DNA of 64,000 nt from an uncultured Verrucomicrobiae bacterium (GTDB taxonomy: Bacteria; Chlamydiota; Chlamydiia; Chlamydiales; Rhabdochlamydiaceae). How positions within the stretch are numbered: position 1 is the stretch's first letter; each line of letters begins with the position of its first letter. The translations under genes were made by a program, and so were the position numbers. The stretch covers positions 864,997 through 928,996 of the forward strand of contig CAVSUE010000001.1 of NCBI GenBank assembly GCA_963731265.1, written 5' to 3'. The notes below the pieces were generated by a model, which had not been told where the DNA came from, made no database searches, and worked only from the letters and a program-made list of their open reading frames with translations. Shown here piece by piece: positions 28,327 to 37,317 of this stretch.

Positions 28327-28982
28327 TCTGTTACCGTTCTTTTGGAGAAGTGGACCAGCGGCGTCATGAGCATGATGACCAGGAGTTTAATTAAAAAGCT
28401 GACGAGGATGACATCCGAAAGATGTTCCACGATTCCCCAGAGGCCTAAAATCGAAAAGAGAAGTGTATCGAGAAATTGCGTGAAACCGACTGAGAGGGCG
28501 TTCCTGCATCCTAGAGGGATCATTTGAAATTTGTCTTTAAGCAGGCCAAACAGACGCAATTCCATCTGCTGGACAAAAATAAAGACGGCAAACGAAGCGA
28601 CGAGGAGGCGAGGGGAGGAAGATAAAACCGCTTTAAAAGAGGCATGAGAGGTATCGAAAGGGCTTGGGGCATAGAAGAGATGGATCTGCGCCATGGCCGC
28701 AAAAAAGGCCATCGCGAAGAAACATGTCCGCAGCGCTTTTTTCGCTTCCTCCTGCCCATGATATTCCCGCAATAAATTCAGGCCGAAGATGTTGCCGACG
28801 GCGAAAACATCGCTGCAAGTGATATGGAACCCAAAAAAGAGGATTTGTTTGATGACAAACAGGTTTGCCAGCACCGCTTGAAGCGCAATCCAGGACGTAA
28901 GGGTGGCCTTCCCCATTTTAAAGGCGGCAAACCCAAAACCTATAACGATAAAAATGTGGGCTAGGAAGAGCAATTCATTCAT
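28323..28982 (-). CDS. yhhQ: Queuosine precursor transporter (YhhQ/Vut_1 family)
   Basis: LANLFVIKQ, DVFAVG..LNLLRE.HG, SPRLLVAS, RNALSVGFTQFLDT. Coupled to tgt; the ORF-track extension comes from the mini-element. Confidence 0.88.
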   Translation of the reverse strand: MNELLFLAHIFIVIGFGFAAFKMGKATLTSWIALQAVLANLFVIKQILFFGFHITCSDVFAVGNIFGLNLLREYHGQEEAKKALRTCFFAMAFFAAMAQIHLFYAPSPFDTSHASFKAVLSSSPRLLVASFAVFIFVQQMELRLFGLLKDKFQMIPLGCRNALSVGFTQFLDTLLFSILGLWGIVEHLSDVILVSFLIKLLVIMLMTPLVHFSKRTVTE

Positions 28983-29054
28983 TTTCAAAAACCATGTTGG
29001 GCCGAGTTCGAAGCTCGGCCCCAACTTAATCCCAGGCCTTAAGGCCTGGGTTCA
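28983..29054 (+). mobile_element. IS605-derived mini-element, copy 2 (left-end hairpin missing)
   Basis: Follows TTCAT (28978-28982); retains the central and right hairpins and the GGGTTCA end. Confidence 0.78.
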
Positions 29055-29150
29055 CATAAAAAATTTCTTTGTGGAGGGTACAAGAATAGCACGGCGGAGT
29101 TTAATTCGGAAGAGTTTGCATTTTTTTTTCTAAACACATAAACTAATTAT

Positions 29151-29795
29151 ATGGAGTACAACACATTTATCTATTACTTTGTCTCTCTCCTGGTCATCTG
29201 CAGCCCTTTTTCGGCCTTGCCTGCTCTAATTACTTTAACCCAAGGGCTTTCCGAGGCGGAGAAAAAGAGGACCGGGCTCGTTGCCGGGATCAGCGTGGGG
29301 GTGATTTTGGTCACAATGACATGGATTGGGGGACCTCTTCTCGATTTTTTGGGGATCACAGTCCCTGCTTTCCAGGTTGCTGGGGGCATCGTGGTCTTCT
29401 TATTGGCCTTATCGATGCTCAACGCAGAAACGAGCCGCATTAAGCAGACAACAGAGGACCAAAAGGATTCCAAGCATAGAAACTCGATAGCAATCGTCCC
29501 GTTGGCTATCCCTATTATGGCAGGGCCCGGAGCGATCAGCACGATGATTGTCGCGGTCAATGATAATCCAGGGGTGATCAATCAGCTCTCTTTGACCTTT
29601 TGCGCGATCCTCGTCGCCTTGGCGCTCGGAATCACGCTCTACTTTTCCCCGAAGTTTGAGAAATTTCTCGGACAAAGAGGGATCAACATCGTCAATCGCC
29701 TCGCGGGTCTGATCCTCGCAGGAATTGCCGTCCAAACGCTTGCTAAGGGCATCATCGGTCTCTTCCCATTTCTCGAGTATCCTGTGGGTCATTGA
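29151..29795 (+). CDS. MarC family inner-membrane protein
   Basis: FQVAGGIVVFLLALSML; IVPLAIPIMAGPGAISTMI; RLAGLILAGIAVQ. Confidence 0.93.
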   Translation: MEYNTFIYYFVSLLVICSPFSALPALITLTQGLSEAEKKRTGLVAGISVGVILVTMTWIGGPLLDFLGITVPAFQVAGGIVVFLLALSMLNAETSRIKQTTEDQKDSKHRNSIAIVPLAIPIMAGPGAISTMIVAVNDNPGVINQLSLTFCAILVALALGITLYFSPKFEKFLGQRGINIVNRLAGLILAGIAVQTLAKGIIGLFPFLEYPVGH

Positions 29796-30666
29796 CCAAA
29801 TCATCCAAATAAGCGGCAAGTTCGGGTGACCGTTTGAGAAGCCATTTCCGCAGTCTTCGCGTATCTTTCACCAATTCATTATGGGTTTGAAGCTCGGAAG
29901 AAAGAAAAAATGAACCAATGTCTATGGAAATGGCCCTGTCTTTGAGGAGGCCGATATTGCGCCGCACGGCTGGATCGAAATCGATGATCCCTTTTTGATA
30001 GCGGGCCTGCAGACAGGTGACGACATTTTTAATCACTTTGCGGCAATAAGTCAGGTCTTTGTGCTGAAGATGAAATCTAAGCGCTGTAAACACGAGATCG
30101 GCCCGATATTGGAGGGCAAAAGGAATGCTGGACAGATCAAGATGGTGCTTGATGCCGGTATTGTCGATGAGGGTGATTTCTAATTCTGTGTATTTTGGCG
30201 AGGGATTAAGGTTTAAAAACAGGAGGCCGGACACGTCCTTAAGCTCTGTGTATGCGAGATGGGAGCTAGTGAAAACGCGCTCGAGTTTTTGTTTTTGCCA
30301 CTTTAAAAATGCGATGCGCGGACGATCGAGGATTCCGGGAAGCGATAAACGATAAAGAAGGGGGTATTGCCGGACATTGTGCATTTTAAAAAGTTTGAGC
30401 ACGATAGATCCGTCCTGAGAGAGAAAAGCATAACTCTGGCCCCCGCTGCCAAAATAAACAAAGGGCTGTGAGAAAATGGCTTTGAGCTCGGCCAATTCTG
30501 TGGCTGAGGGGGGAGAAGTTTCCCATCGAGGGGAATGCGGAAGACGCGAGACGATTTTGACCGTTTGAAAGCCTTGGGTTTGAGAATGGCAAAATTTCGA
30601 AACCGCCCAGAACAGGAACCCGGCGAATAGGAGTTTACAGAATGACTTCAGCATGTATTTTTGCAA
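29752..30666 (-). CDS. Membrane-anchored kinase-like paralog 5
   Basis: TM; YFGSGGQSYAF..VLKLFK; GIIDFDPAVRRN; IDIG. Confidence 0.75.
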   Translation of the reverse strand: MQKYMLKSFCKLLFAGFLFWAVSKFCHSQTQGFQTVKIVSRLPHSPRWETSPPSATELAELKAIFSQPFVYFGSGGQSYAFLSQDGSIVLKLFKMHNVRQYPLLYRLSLPGILDRPRIAFLKWQKQKLERVFTSSHLAYTELKDVSGLLFLNLNPSPKYTELEITLIDNTGIKHHLDLSSIPFALQYRADLVFTALRFHLQHKDLTYCRKVIKNVVTCLQARYQKGIIDFDPAVRRNIGLLKDRAISIDIGSFFLSSELQTHNELVKDTRRLRKWLLKRSPELAAYLDDLVNDPQDTREMGRDR

Positions 30667-31531
30667 TTTTTTCCAATAGGTAGTTTAAAAGTTCCGGAGA
30701 TTCCTTTTCGAGCCACTTTTGCAATGCAAACGTCATGAAAAAAACTTCTGTCGCCGTCTTGAAAGGGCTCTTTAAAGAGGGATCGGAATAATAAGATCCG
30801 AGATCGAATTCGATCGCTTTCCCATCGAGGAAGCCGAAATTAATCCTCAGATTGGGATCGCGGTCCCCAATCCCATTTTTGCAGCGGAGCACAATGAGGG
30901 AAATCATCGCATCGATCGCTTTTTGCGCTTCGTCTTGTCGTCCCTGTTCGATCAGCTCTTTGAAATAGGGAAACAGTAGCTTTGCTCTTCTTTGCAAGGC
31001 AAACTCTGTTTGGCTTAAATTGAACGAATGGGGGATTCCCCAGGCGTCATATAGGGTGATTTGACGATCGAAATACTTGTTCGGACTTAAGGTTAGGTAA
31101 ATGAGGCCTGTTTCTTCTTTGAGCGCCTGGAAAGAGAGGCTGCAGCTATTAAAAAAGAAGGAATGCCGCTTATGTCGATGTTCCTTTTCGCGGAAAAGAA
31201 TTTTCTGGATGCGCCACGCGTCGCAGACACCGGGAAAGGCAAGATGGAAAAGAGAGTGCTTAAAAAAAAGCTGGTGATGTTTGAACACTTTAAGAATGGT
31301 CTTTCCATCCTCTCCCAAGAATACAAACGAAGTCCCTCCCGCTCCGAGAAAGCGGAAAGGCTGATCGAGCAATGCATCGACACCGGCTGGGGGTGGGCAA
31401 TCGATGGAAGTTTGCGAGGAAGCAATTTTAGAAAGGTGGAAGCCTCTATTTTGCCAATAGTAAACTCTTTCTGTCAAAACTCCGGCGGAAACAAGTAAGA
31501 GTGCGGCAAGGATGATCGATTTTTTTTTCAT
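30635..31531 (-). CDS. Membrane-anchored kinase-like paralog 4
   Basis: TM; FLGAGGTSFVF..ILKVFK; GIGDRDPNLRIN; FDLG. Confidence 0.75.
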   Translation of the reverse strand: MKKKSIILAALLLVSAGVLTERVYYWQNRGFHLSKIASSQTSIDCPPPAGVDALLDQPFRFLGAGGTSFVFLGEDGKTILKVFKHHQLFFKHSLFHLAFPGVCDAWRIQKILFREKEHRHKRHSFFFNSCSLSFQALKEETGLIYLTLSPNKYFDRQITLYDAWGIPHSFNLSQTEFALQRRAKLLFPYFKELIEQGRQDEAQKAIDAMISLIVLRCKNGIGDRDPNLRINFGFLDGKAIEFDLGSYYSDPSLKSPFKTATEVFFMTFALQKWLEKESPELLNYLLEKIAKIHAEVIL

Positions 31532-32433
31532 GATTTTTCTACAAGTGCCAGTTCTTCATTGAGGCAGGGGACCAGCTGCGGGTGGTTGTCCTCCAGCCAG
31601 GGGCGCAGACTTTTATCGGTAATCCGTTTTAAGTCGGCAAGGTAAATAGCAGGGTCTTTTAAGAAAGGAACGCGGACAAATCTTCCGATGTCGATAAAGA
31701 TGGCTTTTTGGCCGACGAACCCTAAATTATTGTAAAGACGGGGATCTTCGTCGAATACGCCTTTTTCACTACGATTGACGATGGCCTGGACGATGGCATG
31801 AAGAGATTGTTTGGCAGATACGAGATCTCCTTTTGCCATGGATGCGTCGATCCGAGGAAAAATAGGCTCGGCTTTTCTTTGGACGGCAAATTCGATATTG
31901 TCCAAATCGATCTTATGTTGGATGCCGATTTTATCGATGATCCGGACCGTTCTCTTGAGCTCACTCCCTTTGTTGAGGTGAAGATAAAGCAGACCTGTTT
32001 CTTCCCGAAGGTCTTCATACGCGATTTTATAACTCATAAAATCCCGATGGAGTTTAAAAAGTGCCCTGTCGAGTTTACGGAGGCGGGATAATTCTGCGAC
32101 GCTGGGAAACGGGCGGGTGAGCAGGAAATGGTGGGGTTTGCGAAAAAGACGGAATTTGAAAAATTTGATCACGTAATTTCCGTCTTCGGAAACAAACGCA
32201 AAACATTGCCCTCCAAATCCCAAATAATGAAATTTTTGCGAGAACACCCGGTCAAGCTCAGCTTTTGCCTCCGGGGGAGGAGGGACAGTCTCCCACGCGG
32301 GATTAAAGGTGAGTCCGGAATGGATGAGCGCAACGGAAAAGCCGTCCGTTTTTTGCTGGCAAAAGCGGGAGGTGAAATGGAAAAGAATGATCAAGAGGGG
32401 GAGGATCAAAAAGTTTAGATATTTTTTTTGCAT
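31528..32433 (-). CDS. Membrane-anchored kinase-like paralog 3
   Basis: TM; YLGFGGQCFAF..VIKFFK; GVFDEDPRLYNN; IDIG. Confidence 0.75.
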   Translation of the reverse strand: MQKKYLNFLILPLLIILFHFTSRFCQQKTDGFSVALIHSGLTFNPAWETVPPPPEAKAELDRVFSQKFHYLGFGGQCFAFVSEDGNYVIKFFKFRLFRKPHHFLLTRPFPSVAELSRLRKLDRALFKLHRDFMSYKIAYEDLREETGLLYLHLNKGSELKRTVRIIDKIGIQHKIDLDNIEFAVQRKAEPIFPRIDASMAKGDLVSAKQSLHAIVQAIVNRSEKGVFDEDPRLYNNLGFVGQKAIFIDIGRFVRVPFLKDPAIYLADLKRITDKSLRPWLEDNHPQLVPCLNEELALVEKS

Positions 32434-33245
32434 AAGTGATCGAAGTATTCTAATAGTTCTGGATCCTGGGTGGCAAGGTAGATGCGAAATTTTTCTTTGA
32501 AGCGGCGCAGGTCTTCCTCTGCGCTTTTTTCGGCGTAGGCCATCCTTCCGACATCAACAACGATGGGATTGCCATCCACAAATCCATAATTGCTTCGAAA
32601 ATTGGGGTCTCGGTTACGGACGCCTTTATCATGGAGCCGCATGCATAGCGAGAGCAATTGATCGATTGCGTGTTTTGCCCCGTCCATATCGTTGCTCGCT
32701 ACAAGGGCATCGATATGGCCATTGGCCAAGTCGGCCTTTTTTTGAACGACGAACTGCAGTTCGTCGAGGTTCAGAAGATGTTCTTTTCCGGAGATATCGG
32801 AAAATAAAACGGTTTTATACAGATGTTGCGTAGGATTTAAATGAATGTAAAGCATTCCCGTTTCTTCAGAAAGATGATCGAAACTCAGTCTGAATGCGGA
32901 AAAAACCCGATCTCTTTTGCCTTTCACTTTCTGTAAATTCAACGACAGCCAATGGCGAGGGAGGAATGCCTTTTGCTTGAAGAACTTGATGACGTATTTT
33001 TCATCCTGGCTCACGAAAGTAAAACACTGCCCGCCCCCGCCTAAAAACCGGTAAGATTGGGATAGAGCGGTTTCTGTGTCTTTTTTTTCTATCTCGTTTT
33101 GGTCTCGTCCTTCCCAAGCGCGCTGGAAGGGGACTTTGGTGCTGATGGCCTCCAGAGAAAAGCTTTTATTGGGCTTCGGAACGGGGATCAGAAGAAATAC
33201 TAAACCTAGGTTTAAGAGCAAAAACACGGCCAATTTTTTTATCAT
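32415..33245 (-). CDS. Membrane-anchored kinase-like paralog 2
   Basis: Likely ATG 33245 (ATGA overlap); FLGGGGQCFTF..VIKFFK; GVRNRDPNFRSN; VDVG. Confidence 0.75.
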   Translation of the reverse strand: MIKKLAVFLLLNLGLVFLLIPVPKPNKSFSLEAISTKVPFQRAWEGRDQNEIEKKDTETALSQSYRFLGGGGQCFTFVSQDEKYVIKFFKQKAFLPRHWLSLNLQKVKGKRDRVFSAFRLSFDHLSEETGMLYIHLNPTQHLYKTVLFSDISGKEHLLNLDELQFVVQKKADLANGHIDALVASNDMDGAKHAIDQLLSLCMRLHDKGVRNRDPNFRSNYGFVDGNPIVVDVGRMAYAEKSAEEDLRRFKEKFRIYLATQDPELLEYFDHLCKKNI

Positions 33246-34288
33246 CCGGGGCTCTTCCCTATTTCTTGAAGTAGGTGATCTGACAAGAGAGGGTATTTCT
33301 TGTCCAGCCATTGGCGGAAACTATCTGTGATCAGAAAGATGTTATCCCGGTCACCGGCAATTTTGCTTCCCTTGCTAAACCGGCCGATATCAATCTGGAC
33401 AGGGGTTTTATCGATAAAGCCGAAATTGGTATTTAGATCGGGATCTTTATCGTAAATCCCTTTCTCGCGCCGTGACTTAAGGAGATTGATTAGAGACGTG
33501 ATAGCCTCCTTGGCAGTTTCCATTCCTTCTGTTGCCACGAGATATTGGATGGAAGGATAGAGAAGAGAAGCTTTCTTCTGAACTATGAATTCCATCTCGT
33601 CGAGATCGATCTCATAGGCTATCCCTAACTTGTCATGGATCATCACCTTCTTTTTCAAATCCTTCGTCTTATTGAGATGGACGTAGAGCAGTCCGGTTTC
33701 TTTTTTTAATTCCTGAAAGGCTATCTTATAGCTTTGAAAATCTTTGGCCAACTCCTCCCGTTTTCTAATCATTTTGCCGATCTTGCAAGGTTGAAGCGGC
33801 AACGGGAAACTCAAATGCGTCATCCATAGAGGAGGCAAAAGATGATAAATACGGATAAACTTGATCACGGTTTTACCGTCTTCAGATGCGAAAACATAGG
33901 CTTGGGCTCCTCTGGCAAGATAGTAAAACGGTTGGTCGAAGATTTTCATGAGTTCTTCGTGTTCATCGGACGGCAATGAAGCGGTTTCCCAATCAGAACA
34001 GTAAGAAAGGGAGGAGAAGATCTTATAAAGTGCAAAACCATCCGTTTGCCGATAGCAGAAACGTTTCAAAATGACCACAGCAAGGATAAAGACGCAGATC
34101 TTTCCAATTTTCAAAACGTATACGGGAAATGATTCAAAAGTTGGGAATTTGGCAAGGCGGTTGCGCAAATTTTTTGTTTGGAGCAAGCGACCAATGTGCA
34201 AGCACAAAACGCGAGTGAAGACAAAAAATTTGCTGCATAGCCAACGCAGCCTAAAACCAATTTTTGAATCATTTTCAGTAAAGCTCAT
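33242..34288 (-). CDS. Membrane-anchored kinase-like paralog 1 (start uncertain; N-terminal ~55 aa come from a palindromic element)
   Basis: YLARGAQAYVF..VIKFIR; GIYDKDPDLNTN; IDIG. Confidence 0.72.
   Translation of the reverse strand: MSFTENDSKIGFRLRWLCSKFFVFTRVLCLHIGRLLQTKNLRNRLAKFPTFESFPVYVLKIGKICVFILAVVILKRFCYRQTDGFALYKIFSSLSYCSDWETASLPSDEHEELMKIFDQPFYYLARGAQAYVFASEDGKTVIKFIRIYHLLPPLWMTHLSFPLPLQPCKIGKMIRKREELAKDFQSYKIAFQELKKETGLLYVHLNKTKDLKKKVMIHDKLGIAYEIDLDEMEFIVQKKASLLYPSIQYLVATEGMETAKEAITSLINLLKSRREKGIYDKDPDLNTNFGFIDKTPVQIDIGRFSKGSKIAGDRDNIFLITDSFRQWLDKKYPLLSDHLLQEIGKSPG
34121..34280. mobile_element. MITE-like element with TIRs at the 5' end of kinase-like paralog 1
   Basis: TACGGGAAATGATTCAAAAGTTGG ... 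CCAATTTTTGAATCATTTTCAGTA; inner GCAAATTTTTTGT/ACAAAAAATTTGC. Confidence 0.65.
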
Positions 34289-34377
34289 ACCGAATTTGTA
34301 TACACAAATTAGCTGTTTTTTTTCAACAACATTGACAAATTGATGATGAATTAATAGAATGAAGAAAAGTGAGGTTT

Positions 34378-34599
34378 ATTATGTTTAATTGGCCGTTCAT
34401 TTTTATATTTGTTTCTGTTGTTGCAGGATTATATGGTTTCATGGCTAGAGCCAAAGATTCGACAAAGATAGCAAAAGTTTTATCCGTTGTCTTTTGGGCT
34501 CTTTTTGTCATATCTTTAATTTATCAATATTCTCAATATGGAACAATGACTTCGCAAAATCTCAATGCGAAGGACCTATTTCCATCTAGAGTTGCTTAA
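34378..34599 (+). CDS. DUF1328-like small membrane protein (divergent tandem paralog)
   Basis: Two TMs; STKIAKVL..FWALFVISLI matches the neighbouring gene. Confidence 0.65.
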   Translation: MMFNWPFIFIFVSVVAGLYGFMARAKDSTKIAKVLSVVFWALFVISLIYQYSQYGTMTSQNLNAKDLFPSRVA

Positions 34600-34617
34600 C
34601 AAGAAAAGGGGAGTTTT

Positions 34618-34851
34618 ATGTTAACTTGGGCCGTCATATTTTTGATTATTGCAATTGTTGCAGCATTATTTGGTTTTGCAGGTATAGCCAATGTGTCTAC
34701 ACAGATTGCAAAAGTTCTGTTTTTTATTTTCTTGATCCTTTTTATCGTTTCTTTGATTTATCATTTTTCCAATAGGGAACCTGTTCCAGTGACTACCACA
34801 ACACTAAATTTCCATGCCAACGCCATTGTAGAAATGATATACACATCGTGA
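34618..34851 (+). CDS. DUF1328 (UPF0391) family small membrane protein
   Basis: [43 protein letters not shown]. Confidence 0.88.
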   Translation: MLTWAVIFLIIAIVAALFGFAGIANVSTQIAKVLFFIFLILFIVSLIYHFSNREPVPVTTTTLNFHANAIVEMIYTS

Positions 34852-35011
34852 CTCAAAAGCGGGCCATTGGCTTCGTCGGCATCCTCATCTTTGCAGTTGG
34901 CTGCATCGAGGATGTTCTTGCACATCCCCTGCTTCCCCAACGGCTCCGCCTGCTGCAAATCTGAAGCCCCGCCATAGCCACTAACCAACTTTTGAAACCC
35001 TCTGCGTATAG

Positions 35012-35842
35012 TTACTTAATGACGATAGTCCTGGTGATATCGTTGAAAGGGCTGGCCACGTAGTTGTTCTGCGGATCGAGAAGTTCCAAGCGGATTTGGT
35101 GCTGCCCTTTTTTCAGGCCGTAAATGTAATAAGGCTGCCAGGAGGTAAGAATGCGCTGGCTATCGTTATCGATGGTGAGTCTGATTTTGTAGCCATCTTT
35201 CGATAGCTCGCAATTGGTCAGGTAGAAGTCAAGAAGGATGGGTTGAAGGTTTTTTCTGTCGTAGTCGTATTCTCCCTGCGGTTCATTGTAAGTGAGGTAA
35301 GGCTGCGACAAATCGATTTTGGAATTTTCCTTAGTTTCTTGGAAATAAAACTTGCTGGCTGCGAATGCTCCTGCAGACTTTAGGCTTTCATTATAGGAGC
35401 GCACGGGAAACGCCCTGATTACATGCATTCCGGGTTGTAATTTGAAAGGAATTTGAAATTCGGCTGTCTGGTCGAAATAATCTTGCACATCGTCTAGAGC
35501 GTCGATCAGGGCCTCGTCTACGGCAAAATAGGGCTGATTGTCGATAAAGATATGCAGACTTTGCCCTTCTGAATCATTCCAAATCTCATGTTTTCTCGGC
35601 TGGTCCGTGTCGACTCCGAGGGCAATTCCTTCCAACTTGATTTGCCCTTTGACAGGCGAAGATTTTTTCAATTCATTCTTTTTTGGGTAGAGAATTCTCG
35701 TATTGACGTGGTCTGGGTCTGGCGTCGGATCCACAGGAACAACTTGCAGTCCTCTAGTGTTAGGAGGCTGGTGTTCGAGCTGGGCGCAAAAACCCATCGT
35801 GGATACAAGAGTGAAAAGTGAGAGGTGAATTATCCTAAACAT
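35012..35842 (-). CDS. Secreted hypothetical protein, probably two beta-sandwich repeats
   Basis: Signal peptide; repeated H/Y..ID/TID...G.H.IR motif. Confidence 0.75.
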   Translation of the reverse strand: MFRIIHLSLFTLVSTMGFCAQLEHQPPNTRGLQVVPVDPTPDPDHVNTRILYPKKNELKKSSPVKGQIKLEGIALGVDTDQPRKHEIWNDSEGQSLHIFIDNQPYFAVDEALIDALDDVQDYFDQTAEFQIPFKLQPGMHVIRAFPVRSYNESLKSAGAFAASKFYFQETKENSKIDLSQPYLTYNEPQGEYDYDRKNLQPILLDFYLTNCELSKDGYKIRLTIDNDSQRILTSWQPYYIYGLKKGQHQIRLELLDPQNNYVASPFNDITRTIVIK

Positions 35843-35857
35843 GAGACTCCCGTTTTA

Positions 35858-35976
35858 ACTCGACTTTGCAACTTTTTGGGTCCGAAGCCCTCGAAATATT
35901 TAATCTCGGCCATTGACAATGGGTCGAACGGCCGCGATTGAATAGCAGGCGGGCCCAAAAAATTGCAAACTCGAGT
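35858..35976. mobile_element. MITE-like element (119 bp) flanked by TTA
   Basis: ACTCGACTTTGCAACTTTTTGGG ... CCCAAAAAATTGCAAACTCGAGT. Confidence 0.7.
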
Positions 35977-36011
35977 TTAAGAATTTGTTTACTCCTTTCC
36001 TATATTTACGT

Positions 36012-36189
36012 CTAGTGGTCCTTGACAAAAACTCTTGCGACAATTTCGAGCGTGAAAGCTCGCTCAAATCGACGAACGCAAGCTTCGCAAGTTGATCCGT
36101 ATTAATTCAATACGAACCAACTTGCGATCGTCGATTTCAGCGGCTTTGACGCTGAAATTGCTCCAAGAATTTTTGTCAAGGACCACTAG
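36012..36189. mobile_element. MITE-like element (178 bp) with CTAG ends
   Basis: CTAGTGGTCCTTGACAAAAACTCTTG ... CAAGAATTTTTGTCAAGGACCACTAG; terminus resembles 18908. Confidence 0.75.
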
Positions 36190-36232
36190 TGCCCCTTCAC
36201 TTTATCGCTCACTCCTGTTATTAGGTGATTAT

Positions 36233-37231
36233 ATGAGCTTTTCACCCCTTGATCTAGTGATCATGATTATCATTCTCGGCCTTCTGTTCGATTATACGAA
36301 CGGATTTCACGATGCGGCCAATGTCGTCTCCACCGTGATCGCCACGCGCGTTTTAGCCCCATTGACGGCAATCGTCCTCGCCTCATTTTTGAACATGGTC
36401 GGAGCCACACAGATCAGCGGCGTGGCCAAAACGATCACGACGGGGCTTGTCGACCTTCATAGCGCCACGCAGGTTGCGATCTTAGCAGCGTTGATCGGGG
36501 CGATCGTGTGGAATATTCTCACATGGTACTTTGGGATACCTAGCAGCTCATCCTATGCGCTCGTAGGAGGTTTGGTCGGCGCTTCCTGGTTTCGCGAAGG
36601 CTATGATGCGATATTGTGGAAAGGGGTTTGCTACAAAGTAGTGATCCCCATGGTTCTTTCTCCCATCGCAGGATTTTTGCTCGGTTTTTTGGTTTTGCGC
36701 GGTCTTCATGTTTTGCTCAAATGGAAGGTTTTTAAGCATAATGAGCGTGTATTCGGCCATCTTCAAATCGCTTCAGCGAGTTTGGTCGCTTTATCGCATG
36801 GGCTCAACGATGCGCAAAAGAGCATGGGTATCATTACTCTCGGGTTGTTTTCCGGAGGGATGGTCGCCACAACGCACATTCCTTTTTGGGTCATCGGCGC
36901 ATGCGCGATCGTCATGGGCATCGGCACGGCTTCAGGAGGTTTTCGGATTATACGCACAGTGGGGTATGAGATCACAAAGCTCAAACCCATTCACGGTTTT
37001 GCCGCGGAAACGAGCGCATCCTGCGTGATTCTCACGGCGAGCTTTTTAGGGATGCCGATCAGCTCCACGCATATGATTGTCGGTAGCGTCACCGGAGTTG
37101 GGGTCGCCCAAGGGTTCTCCAAGGTCCGTTGGTCAACATGGAACAAGATGGCCATCGCTTGGGTGTTGACACTTCCCGGATCCGGTCTTATCGCGGCCTT
37201 TGCCTGCCAAGTGTTTAAGTATTTCTCCTGA
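36233..37231 (+). CDS. Inorganic phosphate transporter, PiT family
   Basis: NGFHDAANVVST; GIPSSSSYAL; HGLNDAQK; GMPISSTH. Real start ATG 36233. Confidence 0.94.
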   Translation: MSFSPLDLVIMIIILGLLFDYTNGFHDAANVVSTVIATRVLAPLTAIVLASFLNMVGATQISGVAKTITTGLVDLHSATQVAILAALIGAIVWNILTWYFGIPSSSSYALVGGLVGASWFREGYDAILWKGVCYKVVIPMVLSPIAGFLLGFLVLRGLHVLLKWKVFKHNERVFGHLQIASASLVALSHGLNDAQKSMGIITLGLFSGGMVATTHIPFWVIGACAIVMGIGTASGGFRIIRTVGYEITKLKPIHGFAAETSASCVILTASFLGMPISSTHMIVGSVTGVGVAQGFSKVRWSTWNKMAIAWVLTLPGSGLIAAFACQVFKYFS

Positions 37232-37317
37232 TTAACATTTATTAATTAACATTGATTATTAATTGTTAATAATTAATAATAAAATATAGGTTAGTACTAA
37301 CAAAAATAACCAATATT

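Noticed and set aside
28983-29024. N-terminal extension MGPSFELGPTWFLK of YhhQ
   Set aside because: Encoded by the mini-element; ATG 28982 gives the family-typical start.
36092-36232. 47-aa extension of the PiT ORF
   Set aside because: Read-through of the MITE; ATG 36233 matches the family start and has an RBS-like sequence.
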